A stretch of 64,000 nt of DNA, from the IMG/VR virus record IMGVR_UViG_2834368228_000004, positions 1-64,000 of that record. One strand, written 5' to 3'. The translations under genes and the position numbers were made by a program. Numbering within the stretch: the stretch's first letter is position 1; the number at the start of each line of letters is the position of its first letter. Below are positions 20,424-30,125 of the stretch, one piece after another. This DNA is from a virus (taxonomy: Duplodnaviria > Caudoviricetes). A model generated the notes under the pieces. It was given only the letters and a program-made list of their open reading frames with translations. It made no database searches and was not told where the DNA came from.

Positions 20424-20658
20424 AGCGAATAATTCCTTCCTCTTTATTATAGTTTTTGTTAAACATAGCTAATTTTCCTTTTAAATTGCTCAGCCGTCTA
20501 AAATCATCTAATGTTGGAGGTGCTTCAATCCAATTTTTCGCACGTTGTAAATCAGCGTCGCTCTCGAACAGAACTTTACCTGAAACATTCTCTTCTCTAA
20601 GAACTAATGCTTCTCCCAATTTATTCTCCTCCTTTTCATTACCACTCATACTAATCAC
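20389..20658 (-). CDS. Putative antitoxin of the GNAT toxin
   Basis: Small upstream overlapping gene in TA arrangement. Confidence 0.55.
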   Translation of the reverse strand: MISMSGNEKEENKLGEALVLREENVSGKVLFESDADLQRAKNWIEAPPTLDDFRRLSNLKGKLAMFNKNYNKEEGIIRFEPKRDKGSRS

Positions 20659-20784
20659 CTGCTGTTTTCAGTCTAGTTATTAGTAGAGTTCCCTATATTT
20701 AGATTCATTATACCACATTTCCCCTTGTGTGAACGGCTAAATTTGTGGTTTTACTAACTCTGGAGCCTTAACAGTTAACCTTGT

Positions 20785-20826
20785 ACTGAAAACTACGTAT
20801 AACAATTCTTATACGAAGTTTTCAGT
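20785..20826. other. loxP-like recombination site (13-8-13 architecture)
   Basis: AAAACTACGTATA-ACAATTCT-TATACGAAGTTTT with ACTG/CAGT extension, about 200 bp upstream of the recombinase. Confidence 0.8.
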
Positions 20827-20903
20827 AACTAACAGCCAAGAATCTCCTATTCTCATAATTTAACTCCCCTTTCATGTCAATATAAGTTAACAGGAAAAAC
20901 TGG

Positions 20904-20917
20904 CGAACATCTGTTCA
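20904..20917. promoter_or_regulatory. LexA/DinR box CGAACATCTGTTCA
   Basis: Near-consensus Cheo box between divergent TTGACA (minus) and TTGACT (plus) -35-like hexamers. Confidence 0.7.
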
Positions 20918-21028
20918 CTTGACTACCCTCTTTTGACCTTGCTCTAAAATTACATCGTTTTATACGAAGTTTTCATTGCGAGTTTTTAATTTATTTGCTA
21001 CCTTATATATAATAAGGAGCTGGTAGAG

Positions 21029-22102
21029 ATGACGCCTGAGCAAAAAAGAAGGCTCTTGGATCAGAGTAAACTTCATTTAATCGATTTACCCTGGTATGTG
21101 AATGAATATGTTGATTATCGAATTAATGCTAGTGCTAACACGCTCTACAACTATACAAGAGATTACTATAAGTTTTTTGAATGGATGGTTCAGGAAGAAT
21201 TGCATCCTGGTCCAATGAAGGATGTAGATATTTACACCTTAGAAAAGCTTACAATACAAAACATCATTAGCTACGAAAGATATTGTATAAGAAACAATAA
21301 TCAAATTGATACAATAGCAAGACGACTCACCTCCCTTAAATCTTTATTTCATTATTTATCTCAGATTGCTGAGGATGAAGAAGGATATCCCTACCTACAG
21401 CGTAATGTTATGATGAAAATAAATATTCGCAAAGAACGACTTTCTGATAAGAAAAAAGCTGAAAAAATCGCAAGCAAAATATTAGTTGATGATGAGATAA
21501 ATGCTTTTCGGCAATTTATACGTGAAGGGTATGGAAGGTATTTAATAAGTAGAGATGAAATACGAAGACATAGTGCTCATACATTCAACAGAGAGCGTAA
21601 TTTAGCATTAATAAGTTTAATGCTTGGATCCGGATTGAGAATTAGTGAAGCCTTAAGTATTGATGTGGATTCAATTGACTGGAATCGTAGACAAGTGGAT
21701 ATTGTAAGAAAAGGAGACTCCGGTGACATTGCATCATTTAGTGATGTAGCAGCAGAAGATATGAGAAAATATTTGGAAATACGTGAAAAAAGATACCAAA
21801 TAGATCGAACTAATAAAGCTTTCTTTATCTCCAGGAGAACGGGTAATGGTAAGTCTAATCGCTTAACAGTTAGAGCAGCACAATTAATGATAAAAAACTA
21901 TGCATCTGCATTCGGTAAAGCAACATTGACCATGCATAAGTTAAGGCATAGCTTTGCTACGAATCATTATAAAATTAATAAGGATCTAGCAATGCTAAAG
22001 GAAATACTTAATCATGCAAATGTAGAAACAACAATGATTTATACTTATATATCGGATAAACAAATTGAACAGTCAATAAACAAAGCAGACAGGATCATCT
22101 GA
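21029..22102 (+). CDS. Tyrosine recombinase (XerS-like)
   Basis: GLRISE, RKG, HKLRHSFAT, LNHANVETTMIY catalytic residues. Confidence 0.93.
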   Translation: MTPEQKRRLLDQSKLHLIDLPWYVNEYVDYRINASANTLYNYTRDYYKFFEWMVQEELHPGPMKDVDIYTLEKLTIQNIISYERYCIRNNNQIDTIARRLTSLKSLFHYLSQIAEDEEGYPYLQRNVMMKINIRKERLSDKKKAEKIASKILVDDEINAFRQFIREGYGRYLISRDEIRRHSAHTFNRERNLALISLMLGSGLRISEALSIDVDSIDWNRRQVDIVRKGDSGDIASFSDVAAEDMRKYLEIREKRYQIDRTNKAFFISRRTGNGKSNRLTVRAAQLMIKNYASAFGKATLTMHKLRHSFATNHYKINKDLAMLKEILNHANVETTMIYTYISDKQIEQSINKADRII

Positions 22103-23249
22103 CTGCTTTGTGATTGATTACATTGTATATGTACTCTCCATTTTCTTCCCATACCTTTTCAAACTCTTCTGAGGAATACCCTTCTTTAGTAAACCTTCCA
22201 ACTAGTTTGTTTTTTATATGCCAATCAGGAACTGGAGGTATAGTACCTTTACTCTCATTAAGATACCTCATAATAATATCTTTTGTTTTTTCATCTTTAG
22301 CATTTATTTTGGAAGCAGATTTTAAATAATCTTTTCTTCTAGATTTGAGAATAGTAGTGATATATGCTCCTACATGTCCCACATTAGTAGAATATTGTTG
22401 CATATCTTCAAGAACAGCTTTTAGCTCATCAATTCCAAATATTGTCCAGGCTCTAATTTGTCTATTTGGAATATCATACCCATATTCTTTAATAAGAGGT
22501 CTTGCTTTTTCTAAAAATACTTTTATGTCCTCTTCCTTTAGATTACCTCCTAGATCTAAGCTATCTGTAATTTTGATATCAAACTTAATTTTAGCTGTTT
22601 TTCTTCCTTCTTTGATTTCTTCAAAGTCGTATGTTAAAACATTTATATCATCAAGCTCTTCTTTTACTCTCATAAGTATTCTTGATTTAAAATGTCCATA
22701 CTGTTTGTATTTATCTTTAACTCCAAGATGCTCCTTTAATTTGTCTAATTCAAAGGTTCTTTTTCCTATTGGAGCATATTGCTGAAGCAACTCAAATAAT
22801 CGTATTGTATAGGGGCTTTGCATATTTCCAATTGTAGGGAATGAGTATTTTGTGTAACGTCCTTGCTCGGTTAGGTTGATTAAGTATGGCTTGATTAAAT
22901 CATTAAATGTTATATGTACCATTCCGCTTCTATATACAATACCTTTAAACCAAGGAAACCACCCTTCTTCATCTTCAGTCTTTATACGAATTCTTTTTCT
23001 AGTTAATTCACCAGCCATCTTTTTCACTTTGCTGTGATAACTTTTACTTGATATACCGGCAGCATTAATAAACTCTGTTACTGTAAATGAGACATTAGGA
23101 AAATGATCTGGAGACTTATTAATCTTAGCTGCTGCATAACGAATGATTTTATGCTCTGTTGCAGTTAAGTCATCCTCATAAATCGCCTCTACTAAATCAT
23201 TTGCCTGATAGACTTGTACTCTATTCTCTTTTTTTATCTTTTCGCCCAT
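22095..23249 (-). CDS. Rep_3/RepB-family plasmid replication initiator
   Basis: QANDLVEA, YTIRLFELL, FKSRIL and EIKEGRK motifs; ORF-track extension to 23402 reads through the iterons. Confidence 0.9.
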   Translation of the reverse strand: MGEKIKKENRVQVYQANDLVEAIYEDDLTATEHKIIRYAAAKINKSPDHFPNVSFTVTEFINAAGISSKSYHSKVKKMAGELTRKRIRIKTEDEEGWFPWFKGIVYRSGMVHITFNDLIKPYLINLTEQGRYTKYSFPTIGNMQSPYTIRLFELLQQYAPIGKRTFELDKLKEHLGVKDKYKQYGHFKSRILMRVKEELDDINVLTYDFEEIKEGRKTAKIKFDIKITDSLDLGGNLKEEDIKVFLEKARPLIKEYGYDIPNRQIRAWTIFGIDELKAVLEDMQQYSTNVGHVGAYITTILKSRRKDYLKSASKINAKDEKTKDIIMRYLNESKGTIPPVPDWHIKNKLVGRFTKEGYSSEEFEKVWEENGEYIYNVINHKAVR

Positions 23250-23325
23250 ACAACCAGTCCAATACATTATATTGCTTATTATTATTTCATAATAAAAATA
23301 GTAATTCAATAGATTTATTGAAGTC

Positions 23326-23786
23326 TCACAGATAGGGTACGTGTGATGTTTAACAACTATCACACATTGGGTACTTGTGATGATCTTTGAAGTATCACAC
23401 ATTGGGTATCTGTGATTTTATAAGCAACTATCACAGATTAGGTACCTGTGTTTTATGTAAACTATCACACATTGGGTAATATCCAAATATAGACCCCCTA
23501 TGTATTACCCGATGTGTGATAGTTATAAACAAATGTAAATCGTTTATACCCCATGTACCCTATCTGTGATAACAAAAAAGCTGTTATAGCAGGAATTATA
23601 AGGAAAATAGATTATCCCTATACCCAATGTGTGATAGTAATACCCTATCTGTGATGGTTAACCCCACAAGTGTGATAATTGAGTACCTATTCTGTGATAC
23701 TTTAATACCCTATCTGTGATCGTTAAACCCTACAAGTGTGATAGATTAGTACCCGATTCGTGATGTTTCGCACCCTATCCGTGATA
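23326..23786. repeat. Iteron array (about 15 copies, consensus TACCCWATSTGTGATA): replication origin
   Basis: 5 copies in one orientation (23326, 23358, 23393, 23429, 23463) and 10 inverted (23506-23771), followed by an AT-rich tract 23830-23945. Confidence 0.9.
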
Positions 23787-24023
23787 TTTCGACATCACGA
23801 ACCCTTATACGACAGGGATTACAGCGCCCCTAAATGTATTAAATGATTATATATGTCCTAAATGTTTAATAAAGTCTCTTTTAAAGAGAGTCATATAGTA
23901 TGTGTCTTTTTTAATATATTTTAATAGAAAAAATTATGATATAATAAGTAAGAGCAATAAAGCAGGGTGATGGCGATTTGCATCCTTTCTCAGCAACATC
24001 TATAGAGAAGGGAGGTGATCGCT

Positions 24024-24152
24024 TTGATAGTTACTTCAGAATTTCTTGTCATTGTGTTAAAAATTATGATAGTTGTCTATCTAATTATGAACACAAAAAA
24101 TATATCTAAAAGAGATAATATTAAAGATGATGAGAAAAACGAAAAAAAGTAA
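24024..24152 (+). CDS. Putative type I toxin (42-aa membrane peptide, not in the ORF track)
   Basis: GGGAGGTGA RBS, TTG start, MIVTSEFLVIVLKIMIVVYLIMNTKN...KNEKK; TGnTATAAT promoter at 23937-23945. Confidence 0.75.
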   Translation: MIVTSEFLVIVLKIMIVVYLIMNTKNISKRDNIKDDEKNEKK

Positions 24153-24276
24153 CTCACCCTGCCGCAAGTAGGTTATGAGTTACTTCTCTAATCTGCGAAT
24201 CGCCATTAACTCTGGCGTTGCTCATTTAGAGTGTTGGTTGCAGCCAGCACTCTTCTTTTATATTTTATTCCTGGTG
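24142..24276 (-). ncRNA. Putative type I antitoxin RNA
   Basis: Convergent TTGTAG-17-TATAAT promoter (24310-24282) and AAGTAACTCA/TGAGTTACTT terminator with a U tail over the toxin stop. Confidence 0.65.
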
Positions 24277-24330
24277 ACTACATTATATACCTAATTTCAT
24301 TATTCTACAAGAAATTTAAAATGGAATGAA

Positions 24331-26600
24331 TTACCGTGATACAATAGAATTATCAATAAGTGAGATAAAAGTATCATGCTTTTTTTCATTTAACCATTTC
24401 ATGTAAGCCAATTTATCAGCACCAAATACTCCACTTCGTTTTGATTGATGCACATTTTCTTCAAATTCTTTCCACAGTTGTGTATGTAAATCTGGATAAG
24501 AGTGTGCGAATACATTTGTAATAAAAATTGCCTTTTCTATTGTCATGAAGCTAAAGTCCCTTCTAGTTCAAACAAATCCATTTGATTTTCATCTGTTAAT
24601 GCGGACAGTTTATATAGTAATTTTCCATCCAGTATGCGGTAAACTTGTTTTCCTACAAAATACTCTCCATCCTCTAAAAGAGTTTCATCATCAAGATCTA
24701 ATTCGTTAAAATAAGTGGGAGGAAGTTCTTCGCCATGTTTGCTTTTGTATCCTTCTTCTAATTCTTCCAGAGCAACATGATCGATTGATATATCCAGACT
24801 TATATCTAATGATAAAGAATATTTCCTATTACAAGAATCACAGATTAATTCTTCATTTTCAAAACTTGCAAGTTTTGAAAATGAATCTAAATCATTAACT
24901 GTAGAATCATATAAATCTTCAAAATCGATTTTATTTCCACAATGACAATTTACAACTAAATTTCTAGTATTTACTTGACTAATCATAATTCATCTTCCTT
25001 TCTAATATCGGAGTGTATTCGAACTACACAACAACTTCTTTACATTCATTGCAGTATATTGTTCCCTTAATGTTCTGTGCCCAATTGTCGTCATTACCGC
25101 ATTTACAAGGATTAGCATTATCCCATATTAAATCCAATCTTTCATTTAAAGAATTCATATTTACCACCTCTATATGGAGTTTTTAAATAGAAAAATTTAT
25201 TTGAACTTCGTAATAGTTAAACATCTATTCCAATACTTAGTAAAATCAAATCTTCCATTGCTATTCCATGCACTACTTTTAACTGATTTAGTATATATTT
25301 TAGTCTTTCTACTTTTTCATCAATACTATTTTGATAATCAAGAATCCCTAAATCACTTTGCTTACTAACGTAAAAATCCCTTGCTTTTATTAATTGCGGT
25401 ATTTCAGTCTTTAATTGCAAATACTGGTTATATAATTCCTCTGTCATCCAGCTTTTATTTTGTAATAATCCCATATAATATTCCCCTTTTAGTACGTAGT
25501 ATCTATCGAATGTTAATTAGAAGTTTATTCGGAAAGTGAATTAAGGTACTCATTAATTGATTCTTCGTGTTTTTGAAATTCTAACTCACATTCCATTGAA
25601 CATAATGCTTCTTGAATACTCGAACTCGATTCTTCTACTTCATAAACACTCTGGCAATATGCGCATGTTTCCATTAATACGCTCCTTTTCTACTCCGTAT
25701 TTTTTATCGAATTCGAATTTTATTCGATTTATTAGCTGCTCAATCAAATCGCTCGTGTTTAAACGTCCCATCTTACGACCTCCTTAATTCATCAATCCAA
25801 TTAATAGCTTGTGATACAACATCACTTATGGAGTCCCCATGAAACTCCGCATCACAATCTACCTGATCATTTGCATAAAACTCCTCAGCAAATAATTGAA
25901 TGCAAAATCCTCCATAAGCATTGTAAAGATCAAAGTTAAAGTAAATTTGTATATATTTGAGATGCTGTTCTAAGGTTGTTAAATTATGATTATCTCCATC
26001 TCTTCTTCTAACGGTATACAATGTCAAAACCCCTTTTCTCTATTTAATTAATTCTTTCTTGATTCATTTTCACTTTCATAACTTTTTATGGCTTCTTCAA
26101 TCATCCAAGCTTTTCGGTAATCTCCTTCTTCATGTAACTGTTCAACTCTGTAAGACAAACCTTTAACAATATATGCTTTGCCTATTTGAAAACCAAGTGA
26201 GAATACAACTATTAAAAGCAAGATGTAATTCATTGTCATTTTAATCATCACCTAAATTAATTTCTTTTCCATCCATTTCATAATAAAACCACATATATTG
26301 ATTAGCAAAAAACCATTCTTTCATATCTTCTTCAATTTGTGTTCTAGTTGGCTTCTTAGTGTAATGCATTTCTTTTTCCACATTTATTTCATTAACTTCA
26401 AATCCAAATTTCACCTTTTCCATTGTGTTTTACTCCTTTAGATTATCTATCAACTTTTTATTCGGACTGTGCAATCGGACAATCTTCTTTAGCCTCAATC
26501 TCCCTAAAATTATCGTGATAATCAATATGTGCATATGCGCCACATTTATCACATTTAATAGCTCTTCCATTGTGTAGCGTGTACCATTCATGTCTATACA
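24331..26600 (-). other. Array of small hypothetical genes
   Basis: About 9 short co-oriented ORFs with RBSs, several with CxxC motifs. Confidence 0.6.
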
Positions 26601-26655
26601 AATCGCTCACCTCTTGCTTCGTATTTTCTATCAATTACAGATGAAAAGGCCTGAA

Positions 26656-27945
26656 TCACTCAGGCTTCTCATCTTCAACTAAGTCAATTTGAATGTCAGC
26701 TTTAAAATTATCGATTGTAACTACTGCATCTTTTGCATCTTTATCTGGAAGTTGTACTGGTAAGATTAAATCTAAATTTCGATCATCACCATTTTCTGTG
26801 CGAATTAAGAATGGCTTCATAAAGCTAATGAATTGTAATTTAATTTGCTCTTCCGCATCATAGTGGCTTAATGCATCCATTAGATAACGAATATTGAATC
26901 CGATTCGAATATCTTTTCCTTGGCCACGTAGTGGTACAACATCTTCTTCAAATCCTGACTTATCTGCTTCTCTAGACACCATACGCATTTGTCTATCTTC
27001 AGCTCGGATAAGAAGTTTAACGGAATTCTCTTGATCGACAAGCATTGCACGCTTGACTAAACTTTGTAAGTCACCAGCCAAGAAGCTTACTTCAGTTACA
27101 CAATCTTCAGGTACAAGTCTATCTGTATCTGGGAAATTATGATCGATTACTCTTGAACGAATGGTTACACCATTAGAGAACACATAGATAACTTCTTTAT
27201 CTTTAATGTGAAGCGTTACAGATGAAACTGTGTCATCCAGCTGCTTTTGAACTTCATTTAATGAAGGTGCCGGTACAATTTTGCTGACTTCTTCAAAGTC
27301 TTTGTCTAGTTCATAACGCATTTGAGCTAGTCTGTGTGCATCTGTAGCTGCTAAAACAAGATGTCTATCTACAAGTTTATGGTTAACACCAGTTAAGAAT
27401 GGTCTAACTTCATTAGTAGACGTAGCATAAGTAGTGTTTCTATACATTGCTCTTAAAACATCTGGATGAACTTTAATTTCTACACCACCAAGCTCATTAA
27501 AGATAGCTGGATATTCTAAATGGTCTAGAATTTTTAATTCAAATTTAGAGCGGCCTGCACTTAAAACAGCATCTCCTCCATTGATGGATAGCTTAATGTT
27601 TTTTCTAGGAAGACTATTAACCATAGATACTAGTTTAGGATCCATAAATACTGCTCCGCCAGATGTTCCATCTAGAATGTCAAAGTTTTTCTTATCCTTT
27701 GCTACAACTACTTCTGTAGTAAAGTCACCATTCATTGCACGGCCTACAATTTTTTCCTCATCGAAGAAAATATAAATCCCTTGCTTAATTGGAAGTACAC
27801 CATTTTTCTCTCTAGAACGATCTAAACGTTTTAAGATGCTTTGCATTACATCTTTTCTTATTTCTACTTCCAATTTTGTTTTAAGTGAATCCTCCACTTG
27901 TTCATTTAATTCAACGATTTCTTTTTCAGCAACTGCTGTTGACAT
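26656..27945 (-). CDS. dnaN: DNA polymerase III beta clamp
   Basis: RPFLTGVN, ATDAHRLA, FPDTDRLVP, IGFNIRYLMDAL, LILPV. Confidence 0.93.
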   Translation of the reverse strand: MSTAVAEKEIVELNEQVEDSLKTKLEVEIRKDVMQSILKRLDRSREKNGVLPIKQGIYIFFDEEKIVGRAMNGDFTTEVVVAKDKKNFDILDGTSGGAVFMDPKLVSMVNSLPRKNIKLSINGGDAVLSAGRSKFELKILDHLEYPAIFNELGGVEIKVHPDVLRAMYRNTTYATSTNEVRPFLTGVNHKLVDRHLVLAATDAHRLAQMRYELDKDFEEVSKIVPAPSLNEVQKQLDDTVSSVTLHIKDKEVIYVFSNGVTIRSRVIDHNFPDTDRLVPEDCVTEVSFLAGDLQSLVKRAMLVDQENSVKLLIRAEDRQMRMVSREADKSGFEEDVVPLRGQGKDIRIGFNIRYLMDALSHYDAEEQIKLQFISFMKPFLIRTENGDDRNLDLILPVQLPDKDAKDAVVTIDNFKADIQIDLVEDEKPE

Positions 27946-27983
27946 TTAAATCTCTCCCTCTTGTTTGTTTTAGATTATTCGAA

Positions 27984-30103
27984 CTACGCAGTGAGCCTAA
28001 TCCAATTTTTTATTACTACTTTACCCATGCTATATTCAGTTTCAATGAATTCTCTAATACCATTAACGTCCGCAGATGTCTTTATCTTCTTGTTCCTCCT
28101 GATAGTTATAGAACCATCACCACCGGTGTTGTTATTCTGATAAGTATAAACAACATGATATTTAAACTCTTTTTTAAAAAACATATTAATCACTTCCTTA
28201 CTCCGTGTATTATTCGAAATATGGATTTAATCTAAGTCATAGACAACATCTAACAACTCTTTCCCGTCCATTCTTTCTGTAATGGTGTCGACAAAACCTT
28301 CGAGTTGATAATACTCTTCATTTGTAATATTCCAGTCAGCAAAATCATCATAAGAATGCCCCGTTGGCGTTCTATCTATTTGCAAAGTTTCTGTTCCTGT
28401 TCTTGTCTCCACTTCTATAATTGACATTTCTTTTGTAAGTTTTTTAACAGTTACTCTCATTTTTTCTACTCCTTATTTTTAATTTGTATTTTAATCGGAA
28501 TATTGATTACTCGAAAACTTCCAACCAAGGATATTCCCGAATAGCCTCCTGCATATCTATATAAGGAATTATAGATTCAATAAAGCCACCAGCTTTTTCA
28601 GCAGGTATTATAAATTCTCGATACTTTCTTTCCGAAACAATTACACTAACTCCATCAGTACGATTGACAACATATCCATTTGCCATTGGTATATCGCTCC
28701 TTCACATTGAATCCGAATTAATAACATTCTTTTAATTGTTCAATTTCTTCAACTAAACAATTAAGACAAAAGTTATCTTTTCGCCCTTCATTGTTAATAT
28801 CCACCATTTTATGAATACGAGTATTAAAAGCAAATCTAACTGGTTTTTCAATAATAACTGTATTGAAATGATCTTCACCACAGCAATCACATTTTAATCT
28901 ATCTTCAGTATCCATTTGACTTCCTCCTTGGCTTGCAAATCATATAAACTCTGAATCAATTAAAGGCACTAATAACAGTCTTTATTAAACTTACAACTCC
29001 GTAAAGACTTGCTGTAATCCACCCTACAAGAGCAGCTCCATTAAGTTTTACAGTATACATTTCATCGTAAAAGACTTTTTTTAATAATTTCATAGAACTA
29101 TTCCTCCGTATTTTCTTTATAATAATGCTTCATTCGTGAGCCAGAAACAGTTCCAATTCTCATTGCAAGCTTATATATAAATAAGCTTTTATCCTTAATC
29201 CAGATAGGAATAAGTCTTTTTTTACCTTTTGTATACCAAGCAGATTCACTTAAAGCAAAAAATAAACGAAACTTCCCAACATCTACATACAAGCATTTAA
29301 CTAATCCATCTGGTGCCTCTTGATCATATCTCCATATATCCAAAACTTATCCACCCCTAGCTTAAAACTATATTTTTTGATTGTTCTTCTCTAAGATTGA
29401 GTGCTTGTTTTAAAATAAGCTTGTCACATTCATCATCCTGGAGAATACAATTCATGATATGATGTACTATATTACCCTCATAATCTAATGCATATGGAAA
29501 ATTCATTTGATAACGCTTGTACCATTCTTTTTGAATAATTTCATTGTGTCTTGTAATTTCTGATCCAAATTTAAGCAATTCATTGTTTGACATATCTGCC
29601 ACTGATTTCCTCATAACTGTGTTCCTCCAAATATTTCTTTGCTGCATTTAATCCACGAAGATCTGCTGATGTTTCATGCCATTGATGTAGGTAAACATGT
29701 TTATTTAAGTCATAAACCATAATCATATGATGATAATGAAACATAATAAGCAAGCTTACATTTTCTATTGCAAGGATACCTGCACGCCATTTTTTCTTTA
29801 GAGGTTTTTTATTGTTAAAAGCTCGATCTAAACACTCTGTAATCTGTTTCATAAAACACCTCTACAAATATTTCTTTATTAAATTTCATTTTCTTTTTGA
29901 TACAAAACATAACCATCTTTGGGATGAATATCTAGCAAGATTTCATTTTTATAATCAGACTTAATTTTTTCTTTAAATTTAAGTGCCTGTTCTTTAGAAT
30001 CAAAACGGGATATTTTCGTTCGGTTTCTCCAAGTATCTCTCCAATTCAATGGAGGATTTTTAAATAACTCTTTCCATTTCTTATCCATGTTTTTACACCT
30101 CAT
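27984..30103 (-). other. Array of small hypothetical genes
   Basis: About 9 short co-oriented ORFs with RBSs. Confidence 0.6.
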
Positions 30104-30125
30104 TTTGATTTAAACAACCAAGTCC

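Noticed and set aside
22114-22785. Antisense ORFs here and at 27581, 34143, 50563, 54301 and 59581
   Set aside because: Shadow frames opposite well-supported genes, without RBS or motifs.
23250-23402. N-terminal extension of Rep in the ORF track
   Set aside because: It runs through the iteron and promoter region; Rep similarity starts near 23249.
23326-23786. Possible CRISPR array
   Set aside because: Repeats are about 16 bp, in both orientations, with short irregular spacers and adjacent to rep; there is no cas operon. Iterons fit better.
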